Assembly (NCBI GenBank): GCA_041661385.1
Contig: JBAZUP010000001.1
Location: 704,907 to 768,906, forward strand
DNA: 64,000 nt
Direction: 5' to 3'
Source: Patescibacteria group bacterium
GTDB lineage: Bacteria > Patescibacteriota > Patescibacteriia > Magasanikbacterales > GWA2-37-8
Positions 18,595 through 27,114 of the stretch are shown here, in pieces. Within the stretch, counting starts at the first letter, position 1. The number at the start of each line of letters is the position of its first letter. The position numbers and the translations under genes are program-made. The notes beneath the pieces are model-generated. The model worked only from the letters and a program-made list of their open reading frames with translations, was not told the origin of the DNA and did not search any database.

Positions 18595-19830
18595 ATGAAA
18601 AAAATTGATTTTCTCATTATTGGCGGAGGGGCGGCCGGTACTACGGCCGCTGAAACTTTGCGTCAAAATAATAAAGACGCAAGTATTATTATTGTTTCCG
18701 ATGAACCGTACCGTTTTTATTCGAGAATTTTGATTTCTAAACCTTACTTTTTTTTGGAAAAAATTCCGTTTGAACAGGTGTGGTTGAAAACGGAAGCTTG
18801 GTATAGTGAAAATAAGATCGAGCTTTTGATGGGTCGTTCGGCAATTCATCTTGATCAAAAAAATAAAATTGTAAAATTAGACGACGGCACGGAAATTGTC
18901 TATGGTAAGTTGTTGCTCGCAGTCGGTGGTCATGCCCGCCGCTGGAATGTTTCGGGAGCTGATAAAAAAGGCGTGGGGTATCTGCGCAATTTGGAAGAAG
19001 CAAAAGAGATGATGAAAAATGTAAAAACCGCGAAACGCGCAATCGCGATTGGTTCCGGTTTTGTAAGTTTTGAGATTGCTGAAATTTTACGCAAGGCTGG
19101 TCTTGAAACTAGTATTGTCATGATGGAGCCGTATTATTGGTATCCGGTTTTTGATGAAGAGTTAGGAAAGTTTATTGAAAGAGCCATGGAAAAGGAAGGT
19201 GTAAAACTAATTCGCAAAGCGGAAGTTGCGGAAGTGCTTGGTAAAGATAAGGTAAAAGGCGTCTTATTAAAAGATGGATCTAAATTGGACTGCGAAGTGA
19301 TAGCGTGCGGTATTGGGTTAGATTATAACCTGGGTTGGGTGAAAGAGTCGGGAATTGAAACCAATCGCGGCATTTTAGCCAATGAGTATTTACAAACAAA
19401 TAATCCTGATATTTTTACCGCTGGGGATTGTTCTGAGTTTAATGATATAATTTTAAAAGAACGTATTCAGCTCGCGAATTGGGTAAATGCCCAAAGTCAG
19501 GGTACGGCGGCGGCATTAAACATGCTTGGAAAAAACGAGCCTTTCAAACTAGTATCATTTTATACCGCGCAGGCTTTTGGAATAAATATTTCCATGGTGG
19601 GAGATATTAAGGTCGGAGAGGGTAAGACGGTTATTTCTCGCGGCACACCGGAAGCAAATTCAATTGCCCGCATCATGATTAAGGATAATAAAATTGTCGG
19701 AGCAACGCTTTTAAATCGTACACCGGAATTATTTCAAATTTCAAAATTAATCGAGCAAAGGGTGGATGTTTCCGGACAGGAAAATAATCTTGCTGATGCA
19801 AATTTTAATCTAGCAACACTTATTTCATAA
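18595..19830 (+). CDS. FAD/NAD(P)-dependent oxidoreductase (ferredoxin/rubredoxin reductase family)
   Basis: GGGAAG, GSGFVSFE, TNNPDIFTAGD. Confidence 0.85.
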   Translation: MKKIDFLIIGGGAAGTTAAETLRQNNKDASIIIVSDEPYRFYSRILISKPYFFLEKIPFEQVWLKTEAWYSENKIELLMGRSAIHLDQKNKIVKLDDGTEIVYGKLLLAVGGHARRWNVSGADKKGVGYLRNLEEAKEMMKNVKTAKRAIAIGSGFVSFEIAEILRKAGLETSIVMMEPYYWYPVFDEELGKFIERAMEKEGVKLIRKAEVAEVLGKDKVKGVLLKDGSKLDCEVIACGIGLDYNLGWVKESGIETNRGILANEYLQTNNPDIFTAGDCSEFNDIILKERIQLANWVNAQSQGTAAALNMLGKNEPFKLVSFYTAQAFGINISMVGDIKVGEGKTVISRGTPEANSIARIMIKDNKIVGATLLNRTPELFQISKLIEQRVDVSGQENNLADANFNLATLIS

Positions 19831-19834
19831 ATTT

Positions 19835-20311
19835 ATGCCCGAAGAAAGTAAAAAAATTAAAGTTGGCTGGTTTTCTTTTTCGTGTTGTGAAGATAATCTA
19901 GTAGTATTTACCGAGCTCATGAATGATCACTGGCAAGAATGGAAAAAACTTTTCGATTTTCGCCACGTCCGCGCCTTGCGTTCGGTAAATGTTTTAGATG
20001 AACTCGACATTGCTTTCATTGAAGGAGCGCTCGCTTCGCAAAAGCATGTTGATAAGGTTAAAGAAATTAGGGCCAAATCTAAAACGGTAGTCGCGGTTGG
20101 AGCTTGCGCAGTAACCGGCATGCCGGCCGGCCAACGCAATTATTTTTCCGAGGAACAAAAGAAAAATATTCAGTTTTTGGTGGATAAATTTGAAGCTTTG
20201 CCAAAAGTTTTGAAAGTTTCTGATGTGATTAAGGTAGACGCATCTGTCGGTGGCTGCCCCATGGATCCGAATAAATTTTTGGAGGCGGTTAAATTATTAG
20301 TTAAATCGTAA
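19835..20311 (+). CDS. [NiFe]-hydrogenase small subunit, short group-3-like
   Basis: FSCCED, DIAFIEG, VGACA..G, GGCP; no C-terminal Fe-S domain. Confidence 0.8.
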   Translation: MPEESKKIKVGWFSFSCCEDNLVVFTELMNDHWQEWKKLFDFRHVRALRSVNVLDELDIAFIEGALASQKHVDKVKEIRAKSKTVVAVGACAVTGMPAGQRNYFSEEQKKNIQFLVDKFEALPKVLKVSDVIKVDASVGGCPMDPNKFLEAVKLLVKS

Positions 20312-20315
20312 TTTT

Positions 20316-21620
20316 ATGCATCAAGTTGATTTTGATTTAAATACCGGCGAACTGACTAAGGTTGAAGGTGCAGCAGAGCTTAATTTGCGAGTGCGAAATG
20401 GCAAAGTTGAATATGCCCATTTTGGCATTATTGAATATAAACGATTTTTTACTGAAGCGATGAAGGGCAAGCCGGTTGATGCGATTCCTCAGCTGGTCGC
20501 GCGTATTTGCGGCACTTGTTCAAACGCACACCTCCTTTGTTCAATTGAGGCCTGTGAACACGCTCTAGGAATCGTGCCGACCGAACAGACCAAATTTTTA
20601 CGACTACTTACCATGTACGGTCTAAATATCCGTGATCATGCGCTGCACCTGTATTTGTTCTGCATGCCCGATATTTTTGGTAAAGATTCATTCATGGATT
20701 TTGATGAAAATGATTCATTTCAAGATCAAATGCTTCATGATGCTTTTAATATAAAAGCGGTCGGTAATCAGCTAGCGATAATGGTCGCCGGCAGGTCTGT
20801 TCACGCTACTTACCCGGCGGTGGGTGGGTATTTGCATGTACCAACAAATAAAGAAGTTGAAGAAATAATTAAGAAATTGCGTTCGATTCGTCCGGCGGTA
20901 ATTAGGCTTATTAATTTTTTTGCGGAAAAAAATCCGTTTCACTTTGACCGGAAAACCGATTTTCTCGCTATGATTTCCGATCGTTGTGGTTTTATCGACG
21001 GAGTAATTAAATCGAGCACCGGTGAAGTAATTTCGAAAGAAAATTTTTCTAAACATCTCGAGCACACGGTACTTGAATACTCACAGGCTTCGGCTTATAA
21101 ATATAAGGGTCGACCATATATGGTCGGCGCACTTGGGCGCCTTAATATGGCGAGCGACCGATTGCATCCGAATACGAGAAAAGATGCCGGTTCAGCCATC
21201 AAACAATTTCCTTCTACCGACATATTTAAAAATAACCTTGCTCAGGCCATTGAAATTCTTCATGCAATTGATGATTCTATTGAAATTCTTACTAAGCGTG
21301 AGTTCAAGTTAGAACAGATTCCGGAAATTAAATACCGCGATGCGGTCGGAATTGGCGTCATTGAGGCGCCACGCGGACTTTTGTATCACAAAGTAACCGT
21401 TGGGGCAGATGGCCTTATAAAAGAAGGCGAAGTAGTGGTCCCAACTGGTCAGAACCAAACCAATATTGAAGAAGATATTACAACTTTGGTAAATGAAATG
21501 TTGCCCGACCACCCGTCGATGGAAAAAATAACCTTTGAAATTGAAAAACTTATTCGTGCCTATGACCCGTGTATGTCATGCGGCTCGCACTTCCTGAAGG
21601 TGAATGTAGATAAAGAGTAA
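20316..21620 (+). CDS. [NiFe]-hydrogenase large subunit, group-3b-like
   Basis: TKVEG, L1 RICGTCSNAH, EAPRG.L.H, L2 DPCMSCGSH plus short C-terminal extension. Confidence 0.9.
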   Translation: MHQVDFDLNTGELTKVEGAAELNLRVRNGKVEYAHFGIIEYKRFFTEAMKGKPVDAIPQLVARICGTCSNAHLLCSIEACEHALGIVPTEQTKFLRLLTMYGLNIRDHALHLYLFCMPDIFGKDSFMDFDENDSFQDQMLHDAFNIKAVGNQLAIMVAGRSVHATYPAVGGYLHVPTNKEVEEIIKKLRSIRPAVIRLINFFAEKNPFHFDRKTDFLAMISDRCGFIDGVIKSSTGEVISKENFSKHLEHTVLEYSQASAYKYKGRPYMVGALGRLNMASDRLHPNTRKDAGSAIKQFPSTDIFKNNLAQAIEILHAIDDSIEILTKREFKLEQIPEIKYRDAVGIGVIEAPRGLLYHKVTVGADGLIKEGEVVVPTGQNQTNIEEDITTLVNEMLPDHPSMEKITFEIEKLIRAYDPCMSCGSHFLKVNVDKE

Positions 21621-21630
21621 AAATGAATTT

Positions 21631-21658
21631 AAAAACCGCCTGAGAGGGCGGTTTTTTT
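21631..21658 (+). terminator. Intrinsic terminator
   Basis: AAAAACCGCC-TGAGAG-GGCGGTTTTT. Confidence 0.85.
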
Positions 21659-21955
21659 ATCTCGCTATCGCTCAATCAATTAATTCATTTACTATATTTT
21701 CATTTTCTTTAGCCCTGCGCGGGCAGCGGATACTTTCATAACTGAAAGTAACCAAAGGTTTTGGGGAGATCGTCGATATAACCACTCGTTCGCGAGAACT
21801 CGGGATATCGACTTCCCCAAACCCCCGTTGGGGTAATTGTTTGGCCAACAAATCGTAGACCGAGCGCAAGTGAGCCGACAGGGGAGGCGAACTTCTAGCT
21901 CGGCAGTTTTTGACACCTTTTTGCTGCCAAAAAGGTGTGCCAGCCCGGCGAGGGC
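21659..21955. repeat. Dispersed structured element, copy B
   Basis: Shares ATCTCGCTATCGCTCAATCAAT, ACTTTCATAACTGAAAGT, CCCCAAACCCCCGTTGGG and the GACACC..TGCCAAAA..GGTGT hairpin with copy A. Confidence 0.75.
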
Positions 21956-21961
21956 AAATCT

Positions 21962-22327
21962 TTATTTTAAATATTTTTTTAGAAAATTCATTGCTTCAGT
22001 TTCAAGTATATTTGGCGGCAGTCCGTAAATTTTAATATCTTTTAGTTTGCCGATTTTTTGCAACCAGCGTAAATTCGCGTAGGCATCAAAATCGTGCATG
22101 GTGACATTGGGCGCTCGTTTGAAAGTTAACAAACTATTAAATATCATCGGCGACTTGATCCCAACCACCGTATCGATAATATATAAATTTTCCGGGACTT
22201 CCCATTCTTCGTTTGGATCAACGGTGATAAAATCAAAATCTTTAAAATGATTTTTAAGTTCGGTAATTATTTTTAGCGGCACTGAATCCATTTTTAAATC
22301 CGGATTGCCAAATACGAATACCTTCAT
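21962..22327 (-). CDS. Hydrogenase maturation protease-like protein
   Basis: FGNP....D, IID, T.HD resemble HycI/HybD motifs; next to the large subunit gene. Confidence 0.65.
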   Translation of the reverse strand: MKVFVFGNPDLKMDSVPLKIITELKNHFKDFDFITVDPNEEWEVPENLYIIDTVVGIKSPMIFNSLLTFKRAPNVTMHDFDAYANLRWLQKIGKLKDIKIYGLPPNILETEAMNFLKKYLK

Positions 22328-23055
22328 ATTCCTTGATTTAAAAAGCCGATATTTTGCAGTGTGTATTTTTTTAGTATGGAGGCTTGTTTTTCGGAAATCA
22401 CCTCACAAGGTACGCTCCAATGGAAGGTTAGAATGTCTCCTATTTTAAGTTGTTCGATTTCTTCAGTCGACTCAAGTTTTCTGGTGAGTTTTTTCTTCTC
22501 CGCTTTGCCAAGGATATATTTATCACCGATTTGAATGAGTGGTTCGCTTTCTACCGTTATCGTTGGGCCGGATACTTCCAAAACTTTTCCCCAACTAATT
22601 CGGCAAGAGTCCAGTGATTCAAGATTATACTCAGTCGACATATTGCCAGTTCCTTTCCAAACATTGAAAACATGAAAGGAGTGGTGAGGTACGGCATGCA
22701 GGCGAATTTTATTTTCTAGCTTAGAAAAAGATTTCAGACCATTTTTTTTCTTTAATTCATGCTCTTCTACTAAGTTGCGATACAGCGCCTGGCGCTCAAC
22801 TTTATCGAGCAGTTCATTTCCTATCCAATAAGCTTCTACCACCCGTTCATCAAAGGGGTCCTTTATGCCGCTGGCATGAGCAATTAGTTCTAGGTACGGG
22901 TAAAGGGTATTAAAAGCCGACAGAATTTTTTCAAGACCTGGATCAGTCGCGCCTTCTTTTATATAGGCAAGCAGTTCGGAATTGGCATCGGGTCCGCAAT
23001 AATGCAAGCGGTTCGGCCCAAAAGCATAACGACTACAGCGCAGGATGCCGTCCAT
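22324..23055 (-). CDS. DUF6390-like hydrogenase-associated protein
   Basis: RYAF.PN.L.YCGP, VVEAYWIGN, PHHSFHV, CRISWG, GD..TFHW. Confidence 0.7.
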   Translation of the reverse strand: MDGILRCSRYAFGPNRLHYCGPDANSELLAYIKEGATDPGLEKILSAFNTLYPYLELIAHASGIKDPFDERVVEAYWIGNELLDKVERQALYRNLVEEHELKKKNGLKSFSKLENKIRLHAVPHHSFHVFNVWKGTGNMSTEYNLESLDSCRISWGKVLEVSGPTITVESEPLIQIGDKYILGKAEKKKLTRKLESTEEIEQLKIGDILTFHWSVPCEVISEKQASILKKYTLQNIGFLNQGI

Positions 23056-23148
23056 TATTTTTTGCGGATAGTCTAGAGTAAGTACCATATAGCCCGACTA
23101 CTATAACACATTTTTATAAAAGTGAAAGCCACGCGCCGGAGCGCGTGG

Positions 23149-23589
23149 CTAGTTTTCCTCCTTTTCTATCAACACTCGGAAGTGCAGATAGAATCTATCT
23201 CCTGGTGCTACGGCGTGGCCGTAAATGTTGATGACCTTGAAGGCGTCGCCCTTGTCATCGGTCATAATGACGATGATTGGGCTGATTACCTTGAGGGTTT
23301 TGCCGAGAATTACCCGACAGTCGCCCTTGTGGCCATGGTGGTGCCGCCAGAAATCGGCGACAGTCGCTAGTGACCAACGGTCAGCGCCGATTTTGTCGGC
23401 ATATTCCCGTAGCCGGCGAACGGCATGGGGGAAGCAGTAGCGGAGCAATTGGGTGGTGGGTTCTCCACCATTCTTGACCAGCATACAAAGCCGGTCTAAG
23501 TGTTCACGGTCAATGTGACCGCGCATGTGCCTCCCTTCAGCACAGGGGAATGAATACAGCAGGAACAGTCTCTTGCCAGAAATTTCCAT
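23149..23589 (-). CDS. Hypothetical protein, short DUF6390-like relative
   Basis: YSFPC, FWRHHH...C, C-terminal GDRFYLH; own promoter, GGGAGG SD and terminator. Confidence 0.55.
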   Translation of the reverse strand: MEISGKRLFLLYSFPCAEGRHMRGHIDREHLDRLCMLVKNGGEPTTQLLRYCFPHAVRRLREYADKIGADRWSLATVADFWRHHHGHKGDCRVILGKTLKVISPIIVIMTDDKGDAFKVINIYGHAVAPGDRFYLHFRVLIEKEEN

Positions 23590-23664
23590 TGTGGTTGTTT
23601 CCTCCCGAGGACTTTTACATCCTATAATATATTGCGTTTTGGTGCAAATTTAAACAACACGAAC

Positions 23665-23835
23665 GAGCGAGCGAGGGAGTCTCACTCGCTCACTTCGTTC
23701 GCTCTCGCGGAAACCTTCGGGTTTCCGCGGGCCTTCCTCAGCAAGAAAGAAACTACGTTTCTTTCCATTTTCCTGTTCGCCTCCCGGTGTACGGTATAAT
23801 AAAATTACCCCCATAAATGGGAGTAATTTTATTAG
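23665..23835 (-). mobile_element. tRNA-3'-anchored structured element (tRNA-Gly copy)
   Basis: Hairpin, inverted T-arm copy (23775-23786), core shared with 32775-32939, degenerate tRNA 3'-end direct repeat (23665-23682). Confidence 0.65.
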
Positions 23836-23907
23836 AGCGGGCGACGGGAGTCGAACCCGTGTCACCAGTTTGGAAAACTGGGATAATAGCCGTTATATGA
23901 CGCCCGC
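23836..23907 (-). tRNA. tRNA-Gly (TCC)
   Basis: GCGGGCG acceptor, CCAGT-TTTCCAA-ACTGG anticodon arm, GGTTCGACTCC; CCA not encoded. Confidence 0.95.
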
Positions 23908-23949
23908 GAGGAGTGTCGCGATGAACAAAATTTATTTTGTTCAGCATGA

Positions 23950-24067
23950 CCGACGAGCGGCTTCATATATCTCGCGATATATGATTCCGCGTCTCAATCA
24001 ATTTTTCATCTTTTCATTTCCGACGTAGGGCTTCATATATCTCGCGATATATGATTGCCCGCGTCTC
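23950..24067. repeat. Two tandem hairpin units (70-nt period) resembling the tRNA-Gly 5' end
   Basis: GGCTTCATATATCTCGCGATATATGATT occurs twice. Confidence 0.8.
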
Positions 24068-24162
24068 TTTCAATGTCGTTAAGTATATGAAAAAAAACTT
24101 AATTAGTCAAGATTATTGGGTTTTAACATTAAATTGAGCGGAAGCTGATTTTATGATAAAAT

Positions 24163-24906
24163 ATGGGTATGAAAATCACTTTTTTAGGTACAAATGGCTG
24201 GTATGATAGCGACACCGGCAATACCCCATCAATATTAATTGATACGAAGGATCATTATATAGTATTAGATGCTGGTTTTGGAATTGCGGATTTAAATACT
24301 TATTTAGTAGAAGATAAGCCGCTTTTTTTGTTTTTGAGTCATTTTCATCTTGATCACACTTGTGGTCTGCACACCCTCGGTAAACTTAAAGTAAAAGAAC
24401 TGACTATATTTGGGCAGAAAACACTGAAAAAATATTTAAAAATTCTTATTAATCATCCTTTTACAGCAACTTTTGATGAACTTGGATATAAAGTAAATTT
24501 GGTAGAACTGGCGCCTGGTAAACACGAGTTGCCGTTTGAGGTGTTTTGTTTGCCGCTTCAACATGTTGATCCGGCCATGGGCTACCGTTTTACTTTAGAA
24601 GGAAAAACAATTACCTATTGCTCAGATACTTCAATTTGTCCAAATGATTTGGAGTTATCACGCGATGTTGATCTTCTTATTCATGAATGTGCCTTTTTAC
24701 CTGGTCATAGCACAGCCTGGGGCCACACCAACCCTGAAGGAGCGGCCGGCATGGCAAAAGAAGCAAAAGTTAAAAAAATGATTCTTACTCATCTTGGAGC
24801 CGATCATTATAATACAATGGAAATGCGAAAAATTGCCGAAACTACCGCCCAAACAATTTTTCCTGAAACCTTGGTAGCGTATGATGGCTTAACGCTAGAG
24901 ATTTAG
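24163..24906 (+). CDS. MBL-fold hydrolase (RNase Z-like)
   Basis: FLGTNG, SHFHLDH, SDT, HE, HT, LTH. Confidence 0.85.
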   Translation: MGMKITFLGTNGWYDSDTGNTPSILIDTKDHYIVLDAGFGIADLNTYLVEDKPLFLFLSHFHLDHTCGLHTLGKLKVKELTIFGQKTLKKYLKILINHPFTATFDELGYKVNLVELAPGKHELPFEVFCLPLQHVDPAMGYRFTLEGKTITYCSDTSICPNDLELSRDVDLLIHECAFLPGHSTAWGHTNPEGAAGMAKEAKVKKMILTHLGADHYNTMEMRKIAETTAQTIFPETLVAYDGLTLEI

Positions 24907-24907
24907 C

Positions 24908-24932
24908 GTTACTTTCTTCCCCGGTTTTCGTA
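24908..24932 (+). promoter_or_regulatory. Putative ECF autoregulatory promoter (GTTAC-N16-CGTA)
   Basis: Upstream of the second ECF gene; CGTA -10. Confidence 0.4.
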
Positions 24933-24977
24933 TAATATCTTCGAGAGAGAAATTTGATATCAACTTCTCCTTAAAAT

Positions 24978-25550
24978 ATGGATCCTATCAAAGCGGCCGC
25001 CCTCGCGCGTGAATTTGAGGGTGGTAGTAAAGAAGCTTTTGGTGAGCTGTATGAAGCTTATTTAAAGCCGATTTACAATTTCGTCTATTATAAGACGCAT
25101 CACAAAGAAACAGCCGAAGAACTGACCGCTGAGGTTTTTTTAAAAGCCTATCGCTCGGTTAATTCTTATCATTCAGAAAAAGGCACTTTTCAGGCCTGGA
25201 TTTATCAGATTGCTCGCCACGCAATTATCGATCATTACCGTTCTAATAAAACGATTCTTAATATTGATGATGTTTGGGATTTGGGTAGTAAAGAAGATGT
25301 TGCGAAGGATATCGAAAATAAAATTATGTTGGAAAAAGTTCAGAAGTATATACAGGAATTACCATCTGAGCAAAGGGATATTATAATTTTACGAGTATGG
25401 CAGGATTTAAGCTATACAGAAATTGCGGAAATTATTGGAAAAAGCGAGGCAAGTTGTAAGATGACATTTTCGAGGGCCTTAAAAAAATTACGTACCTCTA
25501 TGCCAGAAGCTGCCTTTGCCTTAGTTCTGGCGCTGATTATTAGGAATTAA
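24978..25550 (+). CDS. ECF RNA polymerase sigma-70 factor
   Basis: AEELTAEVFLKA, FQAWIYQIARH..IDHYR, LSYTEIAEI. Confidence 0.9.
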   Translation: MDPIKAAALAREFEGGSKEAFGELYEAYLKPIYNFVYYKTHHKETAEELTAEVFLKAYRSVNSYHSEKGTFQAWIYQIARHAIIDHYRSNKTILNIDDVWDLGSKEDVAKDIENKIMLEKVQKYIQELPSEQRDIIILRVWQDLSYTEIAEIIGKSEASCKMTFSRALKKLRTSMPEAAFALVLALIIRN

Positions 25551-25555
25551 AATAT

Positions 25556-27088
25556 ATGAAAGAAAATATAAAACAAATTATTGCTGAGCTTTGTGAACTT
25601 GATCCGGAATTAAAAAATCATGAAGATAAATTAATTAAAATTATTGAGAATTTTTTAGCTGCAAAGCCGGATACAAAATTTGATGAAAAATTTGCGCGCA
25701 CTCTTAAAGCAAAAATATTATCAGAATCAATGCCAGAGAAAAAAGTTTTTGGCAGTTCATTTTTATCAGTTTTTTATATGAAAAAATATTTAATTTTATC
25801 AGGAGCGACACTCGCGGTATTGATTATCGCGGTTACGCTTAGGGAAGCATTGCCTACACTCGTTGGGCCTAAACAATTAACCAGCAATAAACCAAATATA
25901 ACCAGAGTTGCTTCCGGTGCTTTTGGTTCGCTAACCGGTCAGCAAACTGGCAGTGAACAAGTTATGCCAAAAGCTACTTCTAATATTGCTCCAATGTACG
26001 GTCGCGGCGGTGGTGGCGGGGGCGTCGCAAGCATGGGGGTTGCTGGATCATCTGGCACTGCTACTCTAGACGCGGCAGTTTCACCTGCGCCAGATGCAAA
26101 AATGATGATTTATCGTCCGTATCAAATTAAGTATGTATATAAGGGGGACAAACTGGAACAAGGCGATAAAAATCTAGATGTTTTACGAAGAGTAAAACCT
26201 GAGCTTAATACTTCGGGCGCAGTAAGCGTCTTGAATAAGTTAAGTTTTGGCGGGCTTAATTTAGGAACTTTTGCCAATACTCAGGTTACAAATTTTGAAT
26301 TAGCGCAGAAGGACAGTAAAGGCTATATCACAAATGTCGATCTAAGAAATGGCAGTATTTCCATTTCACAAAATTATAATGCCAACCCATGTCCAAACGG
26401 TGTTTGTCCGGTTTATCAACCGCTTCGTCCTTCGGAAATGCTCTCTGATGAAACTCTCATTTCGTTAAGCAACGATTTTCTCAAGGGTCACGGTGTTGAT
26501 TTATCTAATTATGGCGAACCAGTAGTTCAAAATGACTGGCGCAAGGGAATGGAAACTGCCGCGTCAGATTTTGCTCCTTATGTCCCAGACATTATCTCGG
26601 TATTATATCCGCAAAAAATAAATGGTACGCTTGTTTACGAATTAGGCGGCGGTGAAAGCGGTCTTACAGTGAATGTCGATGTAAGAAACAAGCAGGTGAG
26701 TGGCGCTTGGAATATTACTAATCAAAATTTTGAAGCCGCGCAATATGAGGCAGAAACTGATACCGCGAGGATTATTAAAATCGCCGAAAACGGCGGAATA
26801 TATGGAAGTGGTTATATGGATCCGAGCGCGGAAATAATTGAGCTTGAGCTAGGTACTCCAACACGCGTTCTTACTAAGACCTGGAAGAATGATGGTTCCG
26901 GAGAAATAATCGTTCCGGCCTTATATTTCCCAATATTAAAAGCGCCAACTGGTAAACAGTTTTATTTCCAAACTGCGCTTGTTGTGCCGCTTATTAAAGA
27001 ATTGTTGCAGGAGCCAAGTGGAGGTCCGATTCAGTTAATGAAAGGGTCAGTCACCCCCGCTTCACCGCCAGAAGTAAAAGGACTATAA
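25556..27088 (+). CDS. Putative anti-sigma factor with large extracytoplasmic domain
   Basis: Follows sigma; KPD..F...LK N-terminal motif, one TM, large C-terminal domain. Confidence 0.55.
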   Translation: MKENIKQIIAELCELDPELKNHEDKLIKIIENFLAAKPDTKFDEKFARTLKAKILSESMPEKKVFGSSFLSVFYMKKYLILSGATLAVLIIAVTLREALPTLVGPKQLTSNKPNITRVASGAFGSLTGQQTGSEQVMPKATSNIAPMYGRGGGGGGVASMGVAGSSGTATLDAAVSPAPDAKMMIYRPYQIKYVYKGDKLEQGDKNLDVLRRVKPELNTSGAVSVLNKLSFGGLNLGTFANTQVTNFELAQKDSKGYITNVDLRNGSISISQNYNANPCPNGVCPVYQPLRPSEMLSDETLISLSNDFLKGHGVDLSNYGEPVVQNDWRKGMETAASDFAPYVPDIISVLYPQKINGTLVYELGGGESGLTVNVDVRNKQVSGAWNITNQNFEAAQYEAETDTARIIKIAENGGIYGSGYMDPSAEIIELELGTPTRVLTKTWKNDGSGEIIVPALYFPILKAPTGKQFYFQTALVVPLIKELLQEPSGGPIQLMKGSVTPASPPEVKGL

Positions 27089-27114
27089 TAGCGTTGTTAT
27101 TAATAACAACCTCT

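Noticed and set aside
23650-23947. ORFs over tRNA-Gly and its downstream element (also 32794-33084)
   Set aside because: They overlap tRNA and hairpin sequence and have no protein-like features
23950-24067. Possible mini-CRISPR array
   Set aside because: Only two units, no cas genes in the window, and the units resemble the adjacent tRNA 5' end
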